Origin: Pseudomonadota bacterium
GTDB lineage: Bacteria; Pseudomonadota; Alphaproteobacteria; Rhodobacterales; Rhodobacteraceae
NCBI GenBank assembly: GCA_027623875.1
Contig: JAQBUS010000001.1
Location: forward strand, 1 to 49,305
Direction of reading: 5' to 3'
Length of the DNA stretch: 49,305 nt
The notes beneath the pieces were generated by a model that saw only the letters and a list, made by a program, of their open reading frames with translations, did no database searches and had not been told where the DNA came from. Positions within the stretch are counted from its first letter, which is position 1, and every line of letters begins with the position of its first letter. A program made the position numbers and the translations under genes. Below are positions 16,672 to 24,717 of this stretch, in pieces.

Positions 16672-16700
16672 ATATTACCATAATAAGCAACATATGTCAA
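16672..16700 (-). promoter_or_regulatory. sigma70-type promoter TTGACA-17nt-TAATAT
   Basis: Minus strand reads ccTTGACAtatgttgcttattatggTAATATatagtcATG, with the ATG at 16665, 6 nt after the -10 box. Confidence 0.7.
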
Positions 16701-16746
16701 GGTATTTTACTTAAAACCTTATCTGCGAAGAACTTTTTTAGGAGTA

Positions 16747-18915
16747 CTAATTTTTAATATTTTTACCATCCTTGAGACCTCCAGCATAAACATTTAAATC
16801 TAAACCTATTTTTTTAGAAGCTTTGAATATTAAATCTAAATAGTATTGTGGGTTTGAATCTGATTGAACGTGATATTCATCACTAAATACAATGCCATCA
16901 TGATTACGGATATGATGACGATTTTCCTGCCAGTAAAACGGCTTAAGGCTGTGACCTTTGCCAGATAGGTAGTTCTCACCCTGCCAAGCGCTTTCCACGA
17001 ACTCCTTAAACGACTTTGCAAAAGTCTTACCTCGATCCACTTGAAACATGACCCCACGATACACTCCGCCAAAGTCGTCAAGCCGGTTACGCAGTACGCC
17101 TAAGTCGTTCAAGTAGTGCTTCTCGGGATTCTTGTTGAAGTTGGGTAAATGATAGGACGGCGCCCCTTCATCCTGAAAAGCAAGCGCAAGTACATTTTTC
17201 TTCTTTGCCGCAGCAGCAAAAAACTCAAGTGAACGTTCACCATCTTCAGCGATACCCGGAGTACCGATTTCCTTAGAACCAACCACTTGAACACGACGGT
17301 TATATAAATTCTCGTCGTTCATGTAATAAGGTAAAAGAGCTTCCTTCATTATTCCGTCACGCATTTCCACAAGAGCTTTGCGGGTAGAGAGGATTGAGCC
17401 GCTCTCATCAACATACATCATGATGAAGAGGTTTCCATCTACAGGAAGCTCTTTCCAATAAGCTCCTTTGTCGAGACCCTTACCCCCTCCCAAACTTACG
17501 CAATCAGAACAGCCTTCATCCTTGCAACCTTCACATTCCACCCCTAAACCTAATGGGTGTTCTACTTTGTTTGGCATTAGTCCAGCAGCTACACCAGCAC
17601 CAGCGCCATTAACTAACCCAGCAACTCCACCAGCAACACCCGGAGCCAAAGATAATGCAGGACCGCCAGATTCTCCAGGATTACTATTCGGATCCCTAGG
17701 GTTAGTCAGAGCCACAAGCTCTTCACCATCATTAAATCCATCACCATCAGTATCTTCGTTTGTAGGGCTTAATCCATATAAGGATTCCAGAGACGAAGGT
17801 ACCCCATCTTCATCCTCATCCCCTCCAGGCGCGGGAGAACCAGGTTTACTGCTGGCCACTAAGGGGTTTGATAGGCCGCGAATTTCCTCAGAGTCACTAA
17901 TGCCATCTTTATCCGTATCGTTAGATTTCGGGTTAGTTCTAAAATAACTTTCCAAAGAGTCGGAAACTCCATCTCCGTCACTATCTAGGCCGGTCGCAAC
18001 GGTCGGCTTGACTGAGGAATACGAACCAATGCCTCCAAGCGCAGGAACCGCCTTACCGTCCAGTACAGCCTCTCCGATTCCAGCACCAATGCCAGCAAAA
18101 CCAGCCGCCGCACCAACTCCAGCGTTACCAATTCCAGCGCCAACTCCCTGACTTGGGTAATTATAGGCATAAAGTTTTCCTTTATCCACGCCCCGTCCAT
18201 CACTTCCTGGATTCCCCCCTTCAAAATCTGCGAGTATATCTCCTAGCTCGCTCTCGCCTTCATCTAGGGACATGTTGAGTAGGTTAGCCTCATCCCCGTC
18301 TAAACCATACTCATCTTCAATCACTAAAGCGCTTTCAGTATTATTTTCTTTTTTTAAATTATATAATCTACGATCTAGAATTCCAGCGTCAATATTTTCA
18401 TTAAGCCCAACTCTAAAACCATTTCCATTATTAATAGATAAGCTGTCATTATCAACATATACGGAATCATTAATGCCGCCATGTAGAACATTATTATTAA
18501 GGAATCTTCCGCGATCTTCAAAGTTTTTTTCATGAATAATATGCCTGTTAACTGAAGCTACTCGATCTACTATTAAGGAAGTATCTAACCTATTGTTGAT
18601 TAGTAAATTATCACCGTGATTCAACCCGACGTCAAAATCCCTGACAAATTCACGATCAACATAAACTATTTCCCTGCCTTCAGGGTCAACATCGACTGGA
18701 CGCTCTTCCCTTAGTTTTACAACGTCATCTTCAACTGTTCCGTCGAACAAATCAATGTAGTCAGCGTTAACAGGATCCATCGTAATAACTACGACTTCCT
18801 CGGTAGGCTTGAATGAGTTAAGGTTTAATAATATTAAAAATAAAAATAGGGACATCGTTGCGTACCCCATTATTAAATTAATTAAAGAGAGTTTTTTTAA
18901 TTTTTTATTTTTCAT
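16747..18915 (-). CDS. membrane-anchored protein with thrombospondin type-3 (Ca-binding) repeats, Gly/Ala-rich tracts and a C-terminal vWA-like domain
   Basis: N-terminal anchor KKLSLINLIMGYATMSLFLFLILLNL. Four TSP3-like repeats: DSDGDGVSDSLE, DTDKDGISDSEE, DEDEDGVPSSLE, DTDGDGFNDGEE. MIDAS-like motif YVDESGS. The track start at 18942 is a TTG inside the promoter, so the ATG at 18915 is preferred. Confidence 0.55.
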   Translation of the reverse strand: MKNKKLKKLSLINLIMGYATMSLFLFLILLNLNSFKPTEEVVVITMDPVNADYIDLFDGTVEDDVVKLREERPVDVDPEGREIVYVDREFVRDFDVGLNHGDNLLINNRLDTSLIVDRVASVNRHIIHEKNFEDRGRFLNNNVLHGGINDSVYVDNDSLSINNGNGFRVGLNENIDAGILDRRLYNLKKENNTESALVIEDEYGLDGDEANLLNMSLDEGESELGDILADFEGGNPGSDGRGVDKGKLYAYNYPSQGVGAGIGNAGVGAAAGFAGIGAGIGEAVLDGKAVPALGGIGSYSSVKPTVATGLDSDGDGVSDSLESYFRTNPKSNDTDKDGISDSEEIRGLSNPLVASSKPGSPAPGGDEDEDGVPSSLESLYGLSPTNEDTDGDGFNDGEELVALTNPRDPNSNPGESGGPALSLAPGVAGGVAGLVNGAGAGVAAGLMPNKVEHPLGLGVECEGCKDEGCSDCVSLGGGKGLDKGAYWKELPVDGNLFIMMYVDESGSILSTRKALVEMRDGIMKEALLPYYMNDENLYNRRVQVVGSKEIGTPGIAEDGERSLEFFAAAAKKKNVLALAFQDEGAPSYHLPNFNKNPEKHYLNDLGVLRNRLDDFGGVYRGVMFQVDRGKTFAKSFKEFVESAWQGENYLSGKGHSLKPFYWQENRHHIRNHDGIVFSDEYHVQSDSNPQYYLDLIFKASKKIGLDLNVYAGGLKDGKNIKN

Positions 18916-18941
18916 GACTATTGTATTTACACAAGTTATCA

Positions 18942-19094
18942 ATTATATTATATAATAAAAAATTATAAATGTCAACTTTTTTCTTTAACTTTGTTTTTTA
19001 AAAAATCAATCATTTTTAATAATTTGTCTATTTCCTTTTCTTGTTTTTTAACCTTAACGCTTAACTCTGTGATGATTTCTATAGCTTTTTTCAT
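18942..19094 (-). CDS. small hypothetical coiled-coil protein (50 aa)
   Basis: Translated by hand: MKKAIEIITELSVKVKKQEKEIDKLLKMIDFLKNKVKEKKLTFIIFYYII. Its ATG overlaps the upstream stop as ATGA. Its 3' end contains the next promoter. Confidence 0.3.
18947..18975 (-). promoter_or_regulatory. sigma70 consensus promoter TTGACA-17nt-TATAAT
   Basis: Minus strand reads agTTGACAtttataattttttattaTATAAT, with a 31-nt leader to the ATG at 18915. Confidence 0.7.
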
Positions 19095-19402
19095 TTCCTT
19101 AAACAATTAATACTTGATATAATAAAGTTTAAATTGAAAGCATCGATTCTGTCTATTTTTAGATTAGATTTTTTACCACCCATAGTGAAGCCGTATTCTT
19201 TTTCGTGGCCATGTATAAGTTCCGAAATAAAATCATGAGCTCCATGAGCTTTAAGCCATTTCCAGTAAATGCTGCGAGTACCCGTTTCGCATTTTAATAA
19301 AATATCATCAAAAATAAAAACTTTTCCGTATAAAGTTACATCTCTAAAGCAAGAAATTTCACTAGGAGGCTCACACAAGCTAGAGTCTATTATGAGATTC
19401 AT
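19091..19402 (-). CDS. hypothetical protein (103 aa)
   Basis: ORF only. Confidence 0.4.
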   Translation of the reverse strand: MNLIIDSSLCEPPSEISCFRDVTLYGKVFIFDDILLKCETGTRSIYWKWLKAHGAHDFISELIHGHEKEYGFTMGGKKSNLKIDRIDAFNLNFIISSINCLRK

Positions 19403-19417
19403 AGAGCCAAGCGAGAA

Positions 19418-19660
19418 CTATTTTTTATTTTGTTGAATTACATCGTATATCTTTCGAACGTCCATACGACGATCCTCAAGCCTTTTCTCTATGGTTGTGT
19501 GACGCTCAAAGTCTCTCACCTCATTTTTAGCTAGAGTGACATTTATTTCATTAATCAACTTTTCCATTCCTTCAAGACGTTTATTTTCCCTCTTGAGGAA
19601 GTACCCTATTATTGAAAAACAAGCTCCTATACCTATGAATATATACTCGTCTATTATCAT
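19418..19660 (-). CDS. small N-terminally anchored membrane protein (80 aa)
   Basis: TM helix EYIFIGIGACFSIIGYFL followed by a charged helical tail. Confidence 0.45.
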   Translation of the reverse strand: MIIDEYIFIGIGACFSIIGYFLKRENKRLEGMEKLINEINVTLAKNEVRDFERHTTIEKRLEDRRMDVRKIYDVIQQNKK

Positions 19661-19664
19661 ATAA

Positions 19665-19711
19665 GTATATACACTTCTTGAGAGAAATATCTAAATCTCT
19701 CGTGTATATAC
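19665..19711 (-). terminator. long imperfect hairpin (terminator or regulatory structure)
   Basis: Outer stem gtatatacac (19665-19674) pairs with gtgtatatac (19702-19711). An inner stem gagag/ctctc is also present. The hairpin lies between the Nudix stop and the next ATG. Confidence 0.35.
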
Positions 19712-19722
19712 GAAGGAAAACG

Positions 19723-20142
19723 TTAAATAAAAGACTTTAAATTCTTTTTTAATATTAAATCCATAGGAGAAATTGAATCCAGCTCGTTTTTCTTTATATA
19801 TTTATAGTCAGTATGCTCGAGATCTATAACTGGATTTATTTTTTCACTCAAAGTGTGTTTATACAAATAAAATACAAAATCAAATCTGTCATCGTACCAA
19901 TTGTATAGATATTTTAGATTCCAACTATTAGTCTCAAACTCTGTCTCCTCAAAAAGTTCCCTGGAGGCCGCATGGAATGGGCTCTCCCCAGCCTCCACAT
20001 CCCCGGTGACTACAGACCAATAGCCCGGAAACTTTACACATTCCAGTTCGTTCCTTTTTAATAAAAGAATCTCCTCATTGATTGAAGTGCATACTCCGAC
20101 TATTTTTCTACCACTTAAAGCTTCATTCGAAAAAGGGGGCAT
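19723..20142 (-). CDS. Nudix hydrolase
   Basis: 139 aa. Nudix box GDVEAGESPFHAASRELFEETEF fits G-x5-E-x7-R-E-U-x-E-E. AAGAGG lies upstream of the ATG. Confidence 0.8.
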   Translation of the reverse strand: MPPFSNEALSGRKIVGVCTSINEEILLLKRNELECVKFPGYWSVVTGDVEAGESPFHAASRELFEETEFETNSWNLKYLYNWYDDRFDFVFYLYKHTLSEKINPVIDLEHTDYKYIKKNELDSISPMDLILKKNLKSFI

Positions 20143-20221
20143 CTTTTACCTCTTTTATTTTAAAGTAAACCAATAAGAAAAGTTCTATGAACTTAGGCAT
20201 TACCTAACCCTTTTATGAATG

Positions 20222-20242
20222 ATTCTAGAATGTGATCGATCA
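20222..20242. promoter_or_regulatory. two adjacent perfect 10-bp palindromes (candidate operator)
   Basis: attctagaat (20222-20231) and tgatcgatca (20233-20242), within the 122-bp intergenic region upstream of the Nudix gene. Confidence 0.25.
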
Positions 20243-20264
20243 TACATATATATACACGTAAAAA

Positions 20265-21326
20265 CTACAAATCTAAATCTTTTTTTAAGGAGTGCCTAGG
20301 ACAGCCTTTGTAGGATAACTTTTCCAGATACTCCCCTTCTTTTTCATTAGGAATTAATGTATGCTCCTCTTCGTCGTGCACAGTTTTGACGGTATTGCCG
20401 TTTTTACCCTTAAGAGCCCAGTATTCAAAGGCAAACTTAAAGGGACAGTGCCACATTTTCGTCCCATCTTTCTTTAGTTGATTTGGGTACTTGGCAAAAC
20501 CGCAAGAAAGTGGACCACCAAAAGTTCCGTCTGAAGGAAAGGGCATGTCGGCGGCAAAATTACCGGTAGCCTCATCCTCGCCAAAGGAATTTAAATACTC
20601 TTGTATCTCATTAAGTTGGTATTCGAAACCGTCGATTTCATCGTGAGACATAGGTTCGAGCTTCATTACTCCCTCCCCTTCGTGACCAAGCATGTCCCGA
20701 GACATGTCAAAGTTTAAAAATAGAAATTCTGTGGAAAATTCTTCGCAATTTGGATATAATTTTTTAACAGCCAAACAATACAACAGATTTTGAAGGTTGT
20801 CTGTTATCTCTGATCCGGTATATTTTTTCTTACTAGTTTTAAAATCTCTAACAACAGCTTTTTTACCTTTATCATAGATAAATAACTTATCTATAAAACC
20901 ATAGATGTGATAGGACAAGCCTCCGTCATCAACTTTTAAGTCAAAAACCTGCTCAGACAAACCCTCGTCAAGGTTTTTAGATTCTTCTCCGAAAAAATCA
21001 TAACGAAGACCTCTCACGATGAATTCATCCATGAGATCTAAGTTATCCTTGCTATCTACCGGAGGATCTTGCCTTGAGGCTTGGATTTTAACTAATTTAT
21101 GTACAGCTTTTGAGGATTCTACCGTTCCATTTTTAATTATAGATTCAAAATGCTTTTTATGCCTATCCTTACCCAGGTATTCGAATATATTATGACACAC
21201 AGTGCCCCGGGAGGCGCCGTCATTCGACTTATCAGGCATCTTGAGGTGGTACTTGCACCAATACGACCAAGAACACTTTTTAGCGGTCCCTATGCGGCTT
21301 GCAGACAGTCTTACGTTTTCACTCAT
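20265..21326 (-). CDS. PD-(D/E)XK (RecB/Cas4-like) exonuclease
   Basis: 353 aa. Core motif YGFIDKLFIYDKGKKAVVRDFKTSKKKY (D...D-x-K). An N-terminal Cys pair (CSWSYWC) and C-terminal Cys residues suggest a Cas4-like metal cluster. Confidence 0.65.
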   Translation of the reverse strand: MSENVRLSASRIGTAKKCSWSYWCKYHLKMPDKSNDGASRGTVCHNIFEYLGKDRHKKHFESIIKNGTVESSKAVHKLVKIQASRQDPPVDSKDNLDLMDEFIVRGLRYDFFGEESKNLDEGLSEQVFDLKVDDGGLSYHIYGFIDKLFIYDKGKKAVVRDFKTSKKKYTGSEITDNLQNLLYCLAVKKLYPNCEEFSTEFLFLNFDMSRDMLGHEGEGVMKLEPMSHDEIDGFEYQLNEIQEYLNSFGEDEATGNFAADMPFPSDGTFGGPLSCGFAKYPNQLKKDGTKMWHCPFKFAFEYWALKGKNGNTVKTVHDEEEHTLIPNEKEGEYLEKLSYKGCPRHSLKKDLDL

Positions 21327-22386
21327 AGCAGGGTAGTTTTTTCACATTCTTGTGAATGTTATTAGATAATTTTTTATTAATATATAAATCCTTAGCCGAC
21401 TCAAGAACTACTTGACATAGTTTTTCGTGATTTCTGTAATTGTTTTCCTTTTTAATTTGCCAGTCCGAAATTTCAGATTCAGTCATCTCTCCGAAATCGT
21501 TTTTAGTAGGAAGGCAAATGGATACGCTTTCTTGATTGAAGTGAGATAATAATTTTAAATAGTTTTTGACGCAGGCGTTTCTACCTCTATTTTCCTGATT
21601 ATTAAAGTCATTATTAAATGACAATGTAATCTTTTTTAAATTTAACCCTATTAGATTGATCAATAACTCTGAAGAAATATCCAAACCAAATGTAACTAGA
21701 ACGTTTTTTATTCCATTTTCAAATAATGACAACATGTCTCCAATGCTTTCCACTAAGATAACCTCTCCAGAGTCCATGATTGAGGACATTGTCGCTCTTT
21801 CTCCAGACTCATCCTTGATATGTAATGGATATATCCAGTACACCTTTTTACCCATATGCTTCCACTTAGGACGATCCTTGATATTCGACATGTCCCTACC
21901 TGCCAAACCATGAACTCTAGAATTTTTATTGTAAATAGGGAACACAAACCTTTGGTACATCGATCCACCGGTACTCATCCCCGCTTTAAATAATTTTAAG
22001 GTTTCATTGCTAATTCCCTTCTTATTGTAAAATGCATAATGAGGAAGGAGATTATCGACATCTTCAAGGGAAAATGTTTTTTCGATTTTAGGAATAGCTT
22101 CCAAATCCTTCTTGATTGAGGATCCGGGGAGCGAGCTTACTCCTGAAAGATATTTATCTAAATCAGCAGGCTTTGTAGTTCCTAAAGATTTTTCAATTAA
22201 AGCTTTAAAAGGCATGAAGGATTCCCCAGCTACATAATCTCTCCAGACTCCGGTATCTTTATATATTTGCAATGCCGTTGGGTTGTCGCCATTTCTATAA
22301 ACAGCTGTTGACTGCCAATAGTCTCCCCTATCTAGGAGGTTGTACCCTAGAGAAGTTAAGGCTTCCTTTATATCTATATTGTTCAT
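21319..22386 (-). CDS. TOPRIM-domain DNA primase with degenerate (Cys-less) zinc-binding region
   Basis: 355 aa. TOPRIM glutamate block VILVESIGDMLSLFENGIKNVLVTFG. The N-terminal region (YWQSTAVYRNGDNPTALQIYKDTGVWRDYVAGES) resembles the CHC2 finger context but has no Cys or His ligands. ATGA overlap with the helicase gene. Confidence 0.6.
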   Translation of the reverse strand: MNNIDIKEALTSLGYNLLDRGDYWQSTAVYRNGDNPTALQIYKDTGVWRDYVAGESFMPFKALIEKSLGTTKPADLDKYLSGVSSLPGSSIKKDLEAIPKIEKTFSLEDVDNLLPHYAFYNKKGISNETLKLFKAGMSTGGSMYQRFVFPIYNKNSRVHGLAGRDMSNIKDRPKWKHMGKKVYWIYPLHIKDESGERATMSSIMDSGEVILVESIGDMLSLFENGIKNVLVTFGLDISSELLINLIGLNLKKITLSFNNDFNNQENRGRNACVKNYLKLLSHFNQESVSICLPTKNDFGEMTESEISDWQIKKENNYRNHEKLCQVVLESAKDLYINKKLSNNIHKNVKKLPCYE

Positions 22387-23912
22387 ATGGGAAGATCGTC
22401 TTCGCCGGAAGACCCCTCTAGCTCGTTAATGGATTCACCCTCTCCGACTAAATCAACTAAGTCACCCCTATCTATGATTTTGAAATTGTCAAATTCGAAA
22501 TTTATATGGTTTCTTTGATGGGTTCCATCTGGCATTTCAACTAAATTTTCCGCTCTTGCAAAATCAGCCCCGTAGGATCTAGCCTTTTCAATTTTCATCA
22601 AATGTCTACCGCAATATACAGGATCATTCTGTAGTTCATCCATTGTCTTGTGTCTTAGTATTAACATGTGAGAGCAGAACTGCTTAACTCTGTGACTTAG
22701 GGATATAACGCTCTCATCGTCCACAACATTCTCAGACCTACGATTACCAACCGTTCCGATTCTGTTTGATTGAATGCTTGTTACCAACGAGATCATTGGT
22801 CTTCCGTTAAATACAATGTCTCGCTGTATTAACTTTTTGAATTTGTCAACAAGCTCCCCTATGATTTGAAATTCTGATTTGAATTTACTAGTCAACTCAA
22901 AGCTGGATTTTATATAGTCAAAATTAATTATTAATGGATTGCCTCTTTTTATTTTATTATGGTAGTACCTTCTAATGTAAGTTAGGATTTCATCGATATT
23001 CTTACCTCCTACATTGTAATAATCATATCTAATTTCATTATTATCCATTTTTTTAAGAGTAGATTCCACTCTCATTCTGCTGTTTGAACTGTCAAACCAT
23101 TCCCCGCTTTCAATTAAGTGTAGAGGAACTCCAGAATATGAAGCGCACATCCTGAAGGCTATCTCCTCCTCCGTCATTTCTCCGTTATCTAAATGCAGTA
23201 TAGGTATTTTTTCTCTACCAGCAATGCACATACAATAATGAGTAGTAAATTGAGTCTTGCCCACTCCGGAACCTGCGCAGACAATCGTTATGTTTCCGGG
23301 CTTGGTTAGTGATCCACACAGTCTATTAACGCTTTTATGAGGACCCATTACTCCGTCATCCTTAAATATAGACCTATCTTGAGCTCTTTCGTTGACTAAG
23401 TCACCAATTATTGAGAATAGATTTGTGGCATTGCCAGAGGAGTTCTCGAATAATTCTATTTTTGAATTATAAGCCTCATCGCATTTCTCAAGTATCTCAT
23501 CAAAAGAAGCAGAAGAGTCAAGGGTTTCCATCTCTTTTGATATTTGACCACCAGCGTCAGACATCTTCCTCCTTAATGTAAGTAGCTTTATAACGTCAAC
23601 CGCGTTCTTGAAGCCGGCTTCGTCTAAATGCTCAGAAAGAATGCCTAAGCCATCAAGAAACCCAACTGAATCTACATCCTTAAATGTTAAGTTGGCCGAT
23701 TTTATATGGTGAGATAGTAGAGCTATATCTAATTTCTTACCCTCATCTAATAAAGCCTTCATCCTCAAGAAGATTGTTTTATAAGTGATAGACTCTTTTG
23801 AATAAAAGTCTCCTTCATTTATAAAAGGCTCTATTTCAGCCATGAAATAATCTTGGTGAGCCAAAACCCCCGCAAGGACAACTCTTTCTTGTTCTAAATC
23901 GTATAAGCGCAT
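22383..23912 (-). CDS. dnaB: DnaB-family replicative helicase
   Basis: 509 aa. DnaB-like N-terminal domain (EQERVVLAGVLAHQDYF), Walker A CAGSGVGKTQF, and a RecA-like C-terminal domain. Confidence 0.8.
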   Translation of the reverse strand: MRLYDLEQERVVLAGVLAHQDYFMAEIEPFINEGDFYSKESITYKTIFLRMKALLDEGKKLDIALLSHHIKSANLTFKDVDSVGFLDGLGILSEHLDEAGFKNAVDVIKLLTLRRKMSDAGGQISKEMETLDSSASFDEILEKCDEAYNSKIELFENSSGNATNLFSIIGDLVNERAQDRSIFKDDGVMGPHKSVNRLCGSLTKPGNITIVCAGSGVGKTQFTTHYCMCIAGREKIPILHLDNGEMTEEEIAFRMCASYSGVPLHLIESGEWFDSSNSRMRVESTLKKMDNNEIRYDYYNVGGKNIDEILTYIRRYYHNKIKRGNPLIINFDYIKSSFELTSKFKSEFQIIGELVDKFKKLIQRDIVFNGRPMISLVTSIQSNRIGTVGNRRSENVVDDESVISLSHRVKQFCSHMLILRHKTMDELQNDPVYCGRHLMKIEKARSYGADFARAENLVEMPDGTHQRNHINFEFDNFKIIDRGDLVDLVGEGESINELEGSSGEDDLPI

Positions 23913-23920
23913 ATTAAACT

Positions 23921-23949
23921 ATCTTACCACAAAAAAGTGGAGTAGTCAA
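23921..23949 (-). promoter_or_regulatory. sigma70-type promoter TTGACT-17nt-TAAGAT
   Basis: Minus strand reads agaTTGACTactccacttttttgtggTAAGATagtttaatATG, with the ATG at 23912, 8 nt after the -10 box. Confidence 0.6.
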
Positions 23950-23954
23950 TCTAT

Positions 23955-24215
23955 TTATTCACTATCTTCGGAAAGATAATCTAAACTGTCATGATTCTGA
24001 GACTCGTCTAAGAACTCTTCCATCGCTTTTCTTATGCCTAATTCTATTACTGCAGAGGCTGATTTGGAATAAATAAATGGTCGCCCATCCTGGCCGACAC
24101 AGACAAGAAGAAAGCCTCTGTTGTTTTCTGATTCCCCTGTTAGCTCGAACAGTTCCTGAAGGAAGCTTTCTGGAATTTGAAACTCCTCCAAGTTCTCTGG
24201 GTTTATATCTTTCAT
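23955..24215 (-). CDS. small acidic protein (86 aa)
   Basis: ORF preceded by the GTGTAATATA motif. Confidence 0.45.
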   Translation of the reverse strand: MKDINPENLEEFQIPESFLQELFELTGESENNRGFLLVCVGQDGRPFIYSKSASAVIELGIRKAMEEFLDESQNHDSLDYLSEDSE

Positions 24216-24219
24216 ATGC

Positions 24220-24229
24220 TATATTACAC
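24220..24229 (-). promoter_or_regulatory. GTGTAATATA motif (copy 1 of 3), candidate -10-type promoter element
   Basis: Minus strand reads agtGTGTAATATAgcatATG. TAATAT ends 5 nt before the ATG at 24215. Confidence 0.3.
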
Positions 24230-24235
24230 TATATA

Positions 24236-24646
24236 CTAAAGGTCAACACCATATTTTCCAAAGAGCTTTTCGTTTATTTCGTCTTTTTCGTAAATTTCTA
24301 CTAAAGTAATGTCGTTAAGCCTACAGAAATCTAATTTTTTTTGATCTCTATTGAGCTGCGCTATGAAATTATTTTTGTAGCCACCGTGAAAGTGTGGCAC
24401 GTATTTGGTATGTTGACCGCCTTGAACTTCTACTGCTATTTTCTTGTTGGCGTTGTAGAAATCTAAAGACATTCTAGTTCCGACAATGGGGAACTCTTCA
24501 AAAACAATGTGATTATCCCAATATGGCTCAAGGAATTTTTTAACTCTGTATTGGAACTTGCTTCGGCTTTTCTTGTTCCATTTTATTAATTTCTTTTTAA
24601 TATTAGAAACACTACGAGTGGCGCCAGTTAGAGTTTTAAACTTCAC
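24236..24646 (-). CDS. restriction-endonuclease-fold (DUF559/Vsr-like) protein
   Basis: 136 aa, GTG start. SLDFYNANKKIAVEVQGGQHTKY fits the D...E-V-x-G-x-x-H pattern of this fold. Confidence 0.45.
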   Translation of the reverse strand: MKFKTLTGATRSVSNIKKKLIKWNKKSRSKFQYRVKKFLEPYWDNHIVFEEFPIVGTRMSLDFYNANKKIAVEVQGGQHTKYVPHFHGGYKNNFIAQLNRDQKKLDFCRLNDITLVEIYEKDEINEKLFGKYGVDL

Positions 24647-24648
24647 AG

Positions 24649-24717
24649 TTATTGCGAAATTAACTGGTTAATGTAATCTCTGTTACCATGAAAACCAAAA
24701 CAATCATGGCGAACTTG
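24649..24717 (-). pseudogene. orphan duplicate of the 3' end of the DUF5672-like gene
   Basis: Reads QVRHDCFGFHGNRDYINQLISQ*, compared with the intact C-terminus QVRHDCFGFHGNKDYIGSCVI* of ORF 25536..26213. There is no upstream ORF in this frame. Confidence 0.6.

Noticed and set aside
16836-18224. Same-strand nested ORFs (16836..17081, 17109..17294, 17985..18224) and the plus-strand ORFs 17468..17947 and 18272..18535.
   Set aside because: They are out-of-frame or antisense ORFs inside the 731-aa gene. They are produced by its locally GC-rich, stop-poor Gly/Ala/Asp-coding sequence.
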